This document shows positions 1 through 8,060 of a stretch of 64,000 nucleotides of DNA, piece by piece. Source of the stretch: Desulfuromonas sp. (GTDB taxonomy: Bacteria > Desulfobacterota > Desulfuromonadia > Desulfuromonadales > BM501). Both the position numbers and the translations under genes were made by a program. The stretch covers positions 32,041 to 96,040 of the forward strand of contig NZ_PKUB01000044.1 in assembly GCF_002868845.1 (NCBI RefSeq), given 5' to 3'. The notes beneath the pieces were generated by a model. That model was not told the DNA's origin. It saw only the letters and a program-made list of their open reading frames with translations, and did no database searches. The first letter of the stretch is position 1, and every line of letters begins with the position of its first letter.

Positions 1-902
1 TGGTCGCCGACATCGTGGCCGATGGAATCGTTGATGGTCTTGAAGCGGTCGAGGTCGAGAAACAGGAGGGCCGCCTGGCGTTTGCGGCGCTCGGCCTTGT
101 GCAGGGCCTGCTCCAGGCGGTCACGCAGCAACAGCCGGTTGGGCAGCTGGGTCAGGGGGTCATGGTGAGCCAGATGCTTGAGGCGCGCCTCTTTTCTTCG
201 CAGCTGAGACTCGGCATGCAGTCGTTCGGTGATGTCCCGGGACGACTCGATGATCCCCGCCACCTTTCCCGAGGCGTCCCGCAGGGGTGAGGCCTTGAGT
301 TCATAGCTGCGCAACTCGCCGTCCGCAAGGCGGTGCTGGTGAACCACAATCGCCTCGCTGCCGGTGCGGAGCACCTCCTCCAAGGGGCAGGGATGGTCCT
401 CCCCCCGGCACGGCTGGTCGGAACGATGGGAGACCTGATGGCAACGAAGCCCCTCCCCGTCCCCTTCTCCCGGGGGAAGATAGAGCCGTGCGGCCTGGTT
501 CATGAGCAGAATCCGGCACTCCAGATCGATGACCATGATCGGATCTATGACCCCGTCGATGACAGACTGCAGGAAGGAATGCTCGACGTTGAGAGTCTCC
601 TCGGCACAGTGCAGCTGCCGGAGACGTTCCCTATAGGGGCGGAGAAAACAGCGCAAAAAGACGGGGAAGAGGACCAGGGTGAGCAGAAGGGCGTCCAGAA
701 GAGCCACGTCCAGGGGGGAGAGCGTGCCGAAGGTCGGGCTCACAAACATCACCAGGAGTTCGGCGATGAACACCGCGCAAACGGTGAAGATCAGGATGAT
801 GGAGGAGGTCGGGCAGGACCAGGCTCGTTTGGGACCCCTCCCCCGAGAGGAGTCCGCAAGAGCCAACCTCTCCGGAAAGGATTGGTTCCCGCTGCTATTC
901 AT
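1..902 (-). CDS. Membrane-anchored PAS-domain diguanylate cyclase (GGDEF); the 3' end runs off the window
   Basis: Own minus-strand translation from the ATG at 902 gives MNSSGNQSFPERL, then one TM segment (IILIFTVCAVFIAELLVMFV) and a PAS-like core. It continues HHDPLTQLPNRLLLRDRLEQAL...ALLFLDLDRFKTINDSIGHDVGD, the first half of a GGDEF domain. It is absent from the ORF track because no stop falls inside the window. Confidence 0.8.
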   Translation of the reverse strand, partial: MNSSGNQSFPERLALADSSRGRGPKRAWSCPTSSIILIFTVCAVFIAELLVMFVSPTFGTLSPLDVALLDALLLTLVLFPVFLRCFLRPYRERLRQLHCAEETLNVEHSFLQSVIDGVIDPIMVIDLECRILLMNQAARLYLPPGEGDGEGLRCHQVSHRSDQPCRGEDHPCPLEEVLRTGSEAIVVHQHRLADGELRSYELKASPLRDASGKVAGIIESSRDITERLHAESQLRRKEARLKHLAHHDPLTQLPNRLLLRDRLEQALHKAERRKRQAALLFLDLDRFKTINDSIGHDVGD

Positions 903-940
903 GCCCTTTTCAGCAATTTCGGGCACCGATCCCTCCCAAA

Positions 941-976
941 AGAAAAAACACCCCTCTTCGCACGAAAGAGCGGGTG
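941..976 (-). terminator. Possible rho-independent terminator downstream of the CpxP-like gene
   Basis: Imperfect hairpin cacccctctt/aagagcgggtg with one bulge. On the minus strand it is followed by a T-run, the complement of the A-run at 942-948. Confidence 0.3.
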
Positions 977-1240
977 TTTGACCGGGAAGCAGAAGATCGT
1001 TTTATCCACCAGCTTCGGCAACCCGGCTGTCCGCATTCCTGCGACGGACCCGTGGCTTTGCGTCCCAGGATCTCTCCTGGTTTGCTCTTATCGACGATGT
1101 CGAACCAAAGGTTAACAATCTTTATATTATTTGACAAGTAAAATGCAGACGAGCGGGGCACTTCCAGAACAATGAGAAGTAAAGTGTCCCGGTTCGGACC
1201 TCGGGAGCCTTGGGGCCCGAACCGGGACGGAACAGTTCGT

Positions 1241-1747
1241 TTAATGCATGAAGTGCCGGGGGCCTTTTCGGGGGCCCATCAGGGGGCGAAGTTTCTTCGC
1301 CAGAACCTGTTGTTCGGGGGTCAGAAAGGCGAAAATCTTGCTGTGGGTCCGCGCCTTGGACACGATCATTTCGGTTTTCGCCGCAGCCTGGCGGGCCGCA
1401 AGGGCCCGGATCCTGGCTTCGTCAAAGGCGCCGTCCTGCATGGTTTCGCGAAGCTCCTCGCGGGTCTGCCTCATCTGCTCCCGATAGGGCTCGGTCGCCT
1501 CTCGCTCGGCCGCCATGACGGCCTCGATCTGGGCCTGCTGCTCTTCGCTCAGTTCCAGAACCTCGGCCATGGCCTCTATTCGGTGGCCGGGGCCGCGCCC
1601 TCTCTCCCCATAGCGCCCCATCATCGGGGCATCCTCTGCCAGAGCGATCTCCTCGGCGATGGCCGGCGGGGACATGCCGCTGATGAACAGCCCCCCGCTG
1701 GCGGCAGTCATGAGGGCAAGAGCGGTGATGAAGAATCGGTTTTTCAT
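1241..1747 (-). CDS. Periplasmic CpxP/Spy-family (LTXXQ) stress protein
   Basis: The internal start MKNRFFITALALMTAASGG looks like a signal peptide and has an AGGAGAAAAA Shine-Dalgarno upstream. Two LTXXQ-type motifs are present (LELSEEQQAQI, LTPEQQVL). CpxR-type boxes lie upstream. Confidence 0.75.
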   Translation of the reverse strand: MKNRFFITALALMTAASGGLFISGMSPPAIAEEIALAEDAPMMGRYGERGRGPGHRIEAMAEVLELSEEQQAQIEAVMAAEREATEPYREQMRQTREELRETMQDGAFDEARIRALAARQAAAKTEMIVSKARTHSKIFAFLTPEQQVLAKKLRPLMGPRKGPRHFMH

Positions 1748-1838
1748 GGCTTTTTCTCCTTTCTGGGTGGTTTTTTCGCTTTCAGCTCGGGTCCGGATCC
1801 GACCGGGCTGTCCTTGATTCAAAGGTAGCCGCTTTCAG

Positions 1839-1885
1839 GTAAAGCGGGTGTTAAGTCTGTACCGCGTTGGGTAAAGTTATGTAAA
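1839..1885 (+). promoter_or_regulatory. CpxR-box-like module 1: GTAAA-N6-GTTAA, then GTAAA-N5-GTAAA 32 nt later
   Basis: GTAAA at 1839-1843 and GTTAA at 1850-1854. GTAAAgttatGTAAA at 1871-1885. The module sits about 90-140 nt upstream of the CpxP-like start at 1747. Confidence 0.45.
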
Positions 1886-1886
1886 G

Positions 1887-2090
1887 TCAACGAACTTCGC
1901 CCGACCCGCAGCGTTTGCCCCCGTTCGGACTGGAGTCGCCAGACCCTGCGCCGCCAGGCCTGCTTCTCAGTGCCCGTGCCTGCTGCTCCCGCCTGAACGT
2001 CCTGTATTCCATCATCTGTGCCGGAGTCAACGTGGCTTCGAGTTGATTTTCCGTCTCCCGGATCTGGGCTTCGAGATTACTTTTAAGCAT
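1887..2090 (-). CDS. Small hypothetical protein with an LTPAQ (LTXXQ-like) motif
   Basis: 67-aa ORF with a GGAAGGGA Shine-Dalgarno-like sequence upstream. The N-terminus looks coiled-coil, and no signal peptide is visible. This is a weak call. Confidence 0.3.
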   Translation of the reverse strand: MLKSNLEAQIRETENQLEATLTPAQMMEYRTFRREQQARALRSRPGGAGSGDSSPNGGKRCGSGEVR

Positions 2091-2370
2091 GTTCTTCCCT
2101 TCCGTCTCCCCACTGCGGAATACCGCGTCTTTTCATATTTCCGTGCCGGGCATCGAACTCGGAGGATTGTCGGCGGCCGAGGGTCAGAAAAAATCCCCGG
2201 GGAAACGGAGGAAATATTCCCCGGGGCAAGTGGCCCGCCTTCGATTTGTCGCCTTACCGCCCGGTCGTGACCGCCCTCGCCCGAACCGCCCACGCACCGC
2301 CATCAACGCTCATGAGATTATTCCTTTGTTCCGTCGCCGTTTTCATGGTAGGGATGCTAACCGAAACTGC

Positions 2371-2417
2371 GTAAAGGTTGGGTTAAGAGTCGGCGAACTC
2401 CGGTAAAGTTTTGTCAT
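2371..2417 (+). promoter_or_regulatory. CpxR-box-like module 2, with the same architecture and 32-nt spacing as module 1
   Basis: GTAAA at 2371-2375 and GTTAA at 2382-2386. GTAAAgttttGTCAT at 2403-2417. Confidence 0.4.
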
Positions 2418-2434
2418 GCCCCAGGGTCTCTTCC

Positions 2435-2449
2435 TTTACGCTTCTTTAC
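2435..2449 (-). promoter_or_regulatory. CpxR-type box GTAAA-N5-GTAAA upstream of the outer-membrane protein gene
   Basis: The plus strand reads tttacgcttctttac, whose reverse complement is GTAAAgaagcGTAAA. It lies about 100 nt upstream of the ATG at 2549. Confidence 0.45.
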
Positions 2450-2548
2450 AAAAAGGGACGGATCAGAGAAACAGAGGCTGCAATATTCCAGCACCGGTGG
2501 GGGGAAACCGCCCGTTCCCGTGCGATCCGTCAATGCTCAGGAGTGACC

Positions 2549-3451
2549 ATGGTCAAGAGCACTCTGATACTTGCGAGCTGTTGTTTTTTGGGTTTGTGGG
2601 GCATCGGAATAACGGTTCCCCCCCTAACCCATGCAACCGAGGGCAGGGGCTCGGCCCCCCATATCGACCTGGCCTTCGAGGTCCTGCCCGCGGACAACTT
2701 CGACAGTCTTCTGAGCCGCGCTACCGGGAATTTCGGCCTTGGGAAACTAGGCGCGTACCGCCTCTCCGGGGATTTCGAATTGGCCCATCGCGCCACCACC
2801 GGCAGCGGCCTCTTCCCCGAAGACCTTTACCGGCTCGGGCTCAAACTCGGCGCCGGAAACCGCCTGTGGAGATTCTCCCTGGGGCTGGCCTCCGAGAGTG
2901 ACGAGCCCTTTGACAGCAGCGACGAGATCAGCCTGCAGGCGAGCGCCTCACGAGAAGTCGCGCGCTGGGAGCGCAGTTCCCTGCACCTCGGGCTGTTCTA
3001 CACCACCCGTTTCGATTATCCCCTGCCGACCCTGGTCTACACCTTCGCGGACCGGGACCTCTTTTTCATGGTCGGCCTGCCGGTGGCGAGTGTCTCCTGG
3101 CGGATCGACGAGCGGACCACCCTCAAGGGTTCCTACGTCCCCGTGCGACGCGCTAAGATCGCCCTGGAGCGAACCTTGAGCCCGACCTGGAGCATGGCCC
3201 TGGAGGGGGCAATCGACGAAGAGAGCTACCTGGTTGCCGGGCGGCGGGACAAGGACGACTCCCTGGTGCTGGAGACCCGAACGGTCAAGGTGCGCGCCGA
3301 AAAACGAATCGCCCTCCTGACCCTCTCCGCTTACGGGGGGTTTTCCTTTGACGGCAGCTTTTTCCGGGAAGAGGGTTTCGGGGACCGGGAGGACAAGGTG
3401 GAGTTCGACGACGCCTGGGTCGCCGGTGCAAATGTCCGCTTCGCCTTCTGA
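2549..3451 (+). CDS. Putative outer-membrane beta-barrel protein
   Basis: The internal start MVKSTLILASCCFLGLWGIG looks like a signal peptide. The sequence has alternating beta-strand-like segments and ends in ...NVRFAF, an aromatic C-terminus typical of outer-membrane proteins. Confidence 0.55.
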   Translation: MVKSTLILASCCFLGLWGIGITVPPLTHATEGRGSAPHIDLAFEVLPADNFDSLLSRATGNFGLGKLGAYRLSGDFELAHRATTGSGLFPEDLYRLGLKLGAGNRLWRFSLGLASESDEPFDSSDEISLQASASREVARWERSSLHLGLFYTTRFDYPLPTLVYTFADRDLFFMVGLPVASVSWRIDERTTLKGSYVPVRRAKIALERTLSPTWSMALEGAIDEESYLVAGRRDKDDSLVLETRTVKVRAEKRIALLTLSAYGGFSFDGSFFREEGFGDREDKVEFDDAWVAGANVRFAF

Positions 3452-3577
3452 AAAAGAGCCGGCCGCCTTTCCCCGCCGGAACATCTTTCGGGCAGGAAAA
3501 ACCCATAAAAGAGGCATTCTGTCCCGCCCCCCTCCTTCCCGGGCCGTCCATGGGCCGCTCGTCCCGCCTCTCTCTGT

Positions 3578-3593
3578 TGGCACACCTGATGCA
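3578..3593 (+). promoter_or_regulatory. Candidate sigma54 (-24/-12) promoter
   Basis: TGGCACacctgATGCA has the correct GG-N10-GC spacing. It lies 73 nt upstream of the ATG at 3666. Confidence 0.45.
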
Positions 3594-3665
3594 AATCACG
3601 GGTGGATTCAGAACATCCGAATATTCGGCGCCCGGCGCCACCGCACCCGAGGGGAACCCGTTTAC

Positions 3666-4976
3666 ATGCCTGAATCGAACCTCCTTCCGCTGACAACCCA
3701 TCCGCTGCGCCAAAGCCTCTACGACGAACTCCACGCCAGGCCCTTCCACCTCGTCGCCACCCCGCAACAGATCTCCCACCTCGCCGTTCAGGCAGGGGAA
3801 GAGGAGCAGGAGGAGGCCTTCACCCTCCTGAAGCAACTCTGCCGCCGCTACCGCGTCAATCCGCCGCCGGCCGGCGGGACGACCTACCGGCAGGAATTCG
3901 GCGATTTCGTCCTTCACTGGGAGCGCCACATGGAGTTCTACTCCCTGACGCTCCTGCGCCCCTGCCCTCCCGGCGATGCGCCTTTCAGCGACCCGACCTT
4001 CGATCTGCTTCCCGTCGACTGGGCAAAGGACCTGCCAGGCCAGGCCGTCGCCGCCTTCCACCTGACGGTGGACAATGAAACCGAGGACGCTACGCCGGAG
4101 GAGCTGGGGGGCTTCTTCGAAGGACAGAAGGTCATCCTCAGCGAGGTCAAGGGCGGCAAAGCCTTGCTCGGCTCGGCCTTCAAGCTGCACGGCGACGGCT
4201 TCGGCCGCTTCATGATCAGAAACAGGGGCCTGAGCGACGCCCAGATGGGCCGCCTGGTCCGCCGCCTGATCGATCTGGAGACCTACCGGCTCCTCTCCCA
4301 GATCTCCCTGCCCCTGGCCAAGCGCATCGCCCCTGAACTGGAGTCCATGGACCAGCAGCTGGCGAAGACCCTCTCCAGCATTCTGAAGATAGACGACGCA
4401 GGCGACGAGCGGGACCTGCTCCAGAGCCTGTCGCGCCAAGCCGCCCGGCTCGAATCGTTCCGCGCCGAAACCAACCACCGCTTTTCCGCGACCCGGGCCT
4501 ACCACGACCTGGTCCTGCACCGCCTGCAGGTCATCGGCGAAGAGAAGGTGGAAGGCTATCTGACCATGGGGGAGTTCATCACCCGCCGCCTCACCCCCGC
4601 CCAGCGCACCTGCCAGTCGGTCCAGGACTGGATGGAGGACCTCTCCCGGCGCATCGAGCGGGCCGGCGACCTGCTCCGCACCCGGGTCAACCTCACCCTG
4701 CAAGAGCAGAACCGGAGCCTGCTGGCCTCCATGAACCGGCGCAGCCGCCTTCAGTTTCGCCTTCAGGAAACCGTGGAGGGGTTGTCCATCGCCGCCATCA
4801 GCTATTACCTGGTGGGGCTGGTCGGCTACCTGATCGGCGGCCTGCCCCTGGAGCGGTGGCACCTGGACAAGAAGGTGCTGATGGCCCTGTCGGTGCCGGT
4901 GGTGCTGGGGTCGGTCTGGTGGCTCACCCACCGCATCAAGCACCGGCTGATCAAGGCGCCGGCCCACGGGGAATAG
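3666..4976 (+). CDS. DUF3422-like membrane-anchored protein
   Basis: The start MPESNLLPLTTHPLRQSLYDELHARPF resembles the N-terminus I recall for DUF3422. Two C-terminal TM helices are present (LSIAAISYYLVGLVGYLIGGL, LMALSVPVVLGSVWWL). The family assignment is from memory only. Confidence 0.55.
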   Translation: MPESNLLPLTTHPLRQSLYDELHARPFHLVATPQQISHLAVQAGEEEQEEAFTLLKQLCRRYRVNPPPAGGTTYRQEFGDFVLHWERHMEFYSLTLLRPCPPGDAPFSDPTFDLLPVDWAKDLPGQAVAAFHLTVDNETEDATPEELGGFFEGQKVILSEVKGGKALLGSAFKLHGDGFGRFMIRNRGLSDAQMGRLVRRLIDLETYRLLSQISLPLAKRIAPELESMDQQLAKTLSSILKIDDAGDERDLLQSLSRQAARLESFRAETNHRFSATRAYHDLVLHRLQVIGEEKVEGYLTMGEFITRRLTPAQRTCQSVQDWMEDLSRRIERAGDLLRTRVNLTLQEQNRSLLASMNRRSRLQFRLQETVEGLSIAAISYYLVGLVGYLIGGLPLERWHLDKKVLMALSVPVVLGSVWWLTHRIKHRLIKAPAHGE

Positions 4977-5009
4977 AACCTACGCCCGGGTACCGACCAA
5001 GCTCTCCCC

Positions 5010-5024
5010 TTTACACTTCTTTAC
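5010..5024 (-). promoter_or_regulatory. CpxR-type box GTAAA-N5-GTAAA upstream of the cpxR-like gene
   Basis: The plus strand reads tttacacttctttac, whose reverse complement is GTAAAgaagtGTAAA. It is near-identical to the box at 2435-2449 and lies about 75-85 nt upstream of the ATG at 5096. Confidence 0.5.
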
Positions 5025-5095
5025 AGACCGACCAGCCTCTTTCCGCTAATATTAGGGTGTACGAATTCCATAGACGACGGTGGAAGGATCTACCC

Positions 5096-5803
5096 ATGAA
5101 TCGAATTCTCGTCATCGACGACGACATCGAGTTGTGCGAACTGCTCACCGATTACCTGACACCGGAAGACTTCGAGGTGGAGACGGTCAACGACGGAGAG
5201 GCTGGCGCGGAGCGCGCTCTTTCCGAAGAGCACCAGCTGGTGGTGCTGGACGTGATGCTGCCGGGGATGAACGGTTTCGAGGTGCTGCGCCGGATCCGGG
5301 AGAAATCCAGAATCCCGGTCATCATGCTCACGGCCCGGGGCGACGACGTGGACCGGATCGTCGGCCTGGAGATGGGAGCGGACGACTACCTGCCAAAGCC
5401 CTTCAACCCCAGGGAACTCGTCGCCCGCATCCGCGCCATCGGCCGCCGCTCGGAGGCGGCGGGGCAATCGCCCGCCGCGGCGAAGGAGGAAAGTCTGAAC
5501 GTCGGCGACCTCCGCCTGGACCCGGCGACCCGCGAGATCTTCAGGGGAAAGGAGTCGGTGGCGCTGACCTCGGTGGAGTTCTCCCTCCTGGAGGCGCTGC
5601 TGCGACAGGCCGGGCAGGTCCTGAGCCGCGAGGACCTGACCAAGAAGGTCCTCGGTCGCCGGCTCTCCCCCTACGACCGCAGCATCGACGTGCATATCAG
5701 CAGCCTGCGCCGCAAGCTCGGCCCGCGGGCCGACAGTGCCGAGCGCATCAAGACAGTGCGGGGGATCGGCTATATCTACGCCCTGCCCCACGCAGAAAGC
5801 TGA
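5096..5803 (+). CDS. cpxR: OmpR-family response regulator, CpxR-like
   Basis: MNRILVIDDD...VIMLTARGDDVDRIVGLEMGADDYLPKPFNPRELVARIRAIGRRS...DRSIDVHISSLRRKL closely parallels E. coli CpxR. Confidence 0.85.
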   Translation: MNRILVIDDDIELCELLTDYLTPEDFEVETVNDGEAGAERALSEEHQLVVLDVMLPGMNGFEVLRRIREKSRIPVIMLTARGDDVDRIVGLEMGADDYLPKPFNPRELVARIRAIGRRSEAAGQSPAAAKEESLNVGDLRLDPATREIFRGKESVALTSVEFSLLEALLRQAGQVLSREDLTKKVLGRRLSPYDRSIDVHISSLRRKLGPRADSAERIKTVRGIGYIYALPHAES

Positions 5804-5806
5804 CCC

Positions 5807-7144
5807 ATGCGCAGCCTGTTTTGGAAAATATTCCTCGTCTTCTGGCTGGCCATGGTGCTGATCGGCGCCGCCCTCGTCATCCTCGCCCTGAACACCGACC
5901 CTCACCGGGCGCAGTTTGGCCGCCATCGCCAGGCCCTCCAGCAGCAGGGCCAGGAACTCGTCGCCGCCTACGAGAAGGGAGGCGCTCGTCAACTGAAGAA
6001 AAAAATAAGGGACCCCAAAGGCGCCTCCCGCAGCCGTCTCTTTCTTTTCAAGGGGACGGAAAGCCTTCTCCCCGGGGAACCGGTTCCGCCGCGTCCGCGC
6101 CGACTTGTCCCCCTCGCCCTTCACAGCGGGGAGGTCCAGATCAAACCGGGTCCTCACGGGCTCTGGGTGGCCTTGCCCCTGGAGAGGGACTACACCCTCC
6201 TGGTCAAAGCACGGCCTTCCGGCCGGCTCGAAATGCTCCTCGACCCACACCGCCTCGGATCGCGCCTGCTGATCACCTTCGTCATTGCAGGGATCATCTG
6301 CTACCTGCTGGCCCGTTCCCTGACCGCCCCCATCGCCAAGTTGCGCCGGGCCACCCGCCGGTTCGCCGCCGGCGACCTGGCAACCCGGGTCCAGGGAACG
6401 ATCAAGGGCAAGGACGAGATCGGCGCCCTGGCCGGCGATTTCGATCTGATGGCGGAGCGAATCGAAGACCTGGTCGGTTCCCAGCAGCGCCTGCTTCGAG
6501 ACATCTCCCACGAACTTCGCTCTCCCCTGGCGCGGCTGGCAGTCAGTCTGGAACTGGCGCGCCAGCGCTCGGGCGCCGAGGCGCAATCGGACCTGGCCCG
6601 CATCGAACGGGAGGCCGAGCGCCTCAACGAAATGATCGGCCAGCTGCTCAGCCTCAACCTTCTGGAAGGCAAGGCGGAACCGGCCAAGAAGACCGAGGTG
6701 GACCTGGGACCTCTGGTTCGGTCGATCGTCGAAGACGCCGACTTCGAGGCCCGCAACCGCAATCGGTCGGTGGTTCTGAGACAGGCCGACCCGGTCGTTC
6801 TCCAAGGGTCCCCGGAACTTCTCCACCGGGCAATCGAAAACGTGGTGCGCAACGCTGTTCATTACACGGCGGAGGCAACGGCGGTCGAGGTCTATGTTCA
6901 CCACCGGGAAAATGAGCCGATCGCCATCCGGATCCGGGACCACGGGCCCGGCGTCCCCGAAGCATCCCTGGAAAAGATTTTCCACCCCTTCTACCGGGTC
7001 TCCGAAGCCCGGGACCGGCAGAGCGGCGGAACGGGCATCGGCCTGGCCATCGCCGAACGCGCAGTGCGCCTGCACGGAGGAACCATAAGGGCCCGCAACC
7101 CGGAAGACGGAGGCCTGGAGCTGGAAATCCTGCTGCCGACATAG
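5807..7144 (+). CDS. cpxA: HAMP histidine kinase, CpxA-like
   Basis: The N-terminus MRSLFWKIFLVFWLAMVLIG resembles CpxA. A HAMP domain, an H-box (ISHELRSPLARL) and an ATPase G-box (GGTGIGLAIAERAV) are present. The gene starts 4 nt after the cpxR-like gene. Confidence 0.8.
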   Translation: MRSLFWKIFLVFWLAMVLIGAALVILALNTDPHRAQFGRHRQALQQQGQELVAAYEKGGARQLKKKIRDPKGASRSRLFLFKGTESLLPGEPVPPRPRRLVPLALHSGEVQIKPGPHGLWVALPLERDYTLLVKARPSGRLEMLLDPHRLGSRLLITFVIAGIICYLLARSLTAPIAKLRRATRRFAAGDLATRVQGTIKGKDEIGALAGDFDLMAERIEDLVGSQQRLLRDISHELRSPLARLAVSLELARQRSGAEAQSDLARIEREAERLNEMIGQLLSLNLLEGKAEPAKKTEVDLGPLVRSIVEDADFEARNRNRSVVLRQADPVVLQGSPELLHRAIENVVRNAVHYTAEATAVEVYVHHRENEPIAIRIRDHGPGVPEASLEKIFHPFYRVSEARDRQSGGTGIGLAIAERAVRLHGGTIRARNPEDGGLELEILLPT

Positions 7145-7162
7145 CCCCCCTTTGCGCTCTCC

Positions 7163-7171
7163 TGCTATAAT
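7163..7171 (+). promoter_or_regulatory. Extended -10 promoter element (TGcTATAAT)
   Basis: tgctataat lies 46 nt upstream of the yhhW ATG. No good -35 element was found. Confidence 0.4.
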
Positions 7172-7216
7172 GAAACAAGAGCGTCAAGACAGCCTTCCGG
7201 CAAAAGGAGCAGAACG

Positions 7217-7912
7217 ATGATCACCGTGCGCAGGTCGGAAGAGAGGGGCCGTTATCAACAGGACTGGCTCGACAGCCGGCACACCTTCTCCTTTGACACC
7301 TATCAGGACCCCCGGCACACTGGGTTTCGCAAACTGAGGGTCATCAACGAGGACAGGGTCGAGGCCGGGGGGGGATTTCCCCTCCACCCCCACCGCGACA
7401 TGGAAATCGTTTCCATCGTCATCGAAGGAGCGCTGAAGCACCAGGACAGCCTCGGCCACGAGGGGATCATCGAGGCGGGGCAGCTGCAGCGCATCACTGC
7501 CGGCAACGGCGTCCGGCACAGCGAGTACAACCCCTCGGACGAGGAGCCCGTCCACTTTCTGCAGATCTGGATCTTTCCCGATGCAGAGGGGCTGAAACCG
7601 AGTTACGAGACGAAGGACTTTTCCGATTTGCCCGCCAACACCCTGAGGCCCGTCGCCACCCGGGACGGCCGCCTCGGTTCAGCCACCATCCACCAGGACG
7701 TCTCCCTTTACCTGGCGAAGATCGAGAAGGGCAAGCGCCTCGACCACCAGCTCGATGCCGAACGGCATGCGTGGGTGCAGGTCGTCGACGGCGCCGTCGA
7801 ACTCAACGGAACCGCCCTGCAGGCCGGCGACGGCGCCGCGGTCAGCGAGGAGCGGATACTGCTGATCTCCGCGGTCAGCCATGCCCGTTTCCTGCTCTTC
7901 GACCTCAACTGA
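7217..7912 (+). CDS. yhhW: Pirin-family protein (YhhW-type quercetin 2,3-dioxygenase-like)
   Basis: At 231 aa it has the same length as E. coli YhhW. It shares motifs such as WLDSRHTFSF, LRVINEDRV and HPHRDMEI. Confidence 0.9.
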   Translation: MITVRRSEERGRYQQDWLDSRHTFSFDTYQDPRHTGFRKLRVINEDRVEAGGGFPLHPHRDMEIVSIVIEGALKHQDSLGHEGIIEAGQLQRITAGNGVRHSEYNPSDEEPVHFLQIWIFPDAEGLKPSYETKDFSDLPANTLRPVATRDGRLGSATIHQDVSLYLAKIEKGKRLDHQLDAERHAWVQVVDGAVELNGTALQAGDGAAVSEERILLISAVSHARFLLFDLN

Positions 7913-8060
7913 GCCACTCCATTCCCGCGGGGCCCCCTTTTTTCGGCCTCCGCAACGGTACTGCTGCCTCTCATCGCTCGGGGCTTCCTTCCCCGCAAGC
8001 AGATACCAGAGAGCCGCGATTCGGACCAAAAATCTCTTTGCGTGGAGACGCGCGAAGGGA

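Noticed and set aside
912-929. A sigma54-like motif (GGTGCC...TTGCT) upstream of the GGDEF gene
   Set aside because: The GG-to-GC spacing is 11 nt rather than the invariant 10, and the -24 element is poor.
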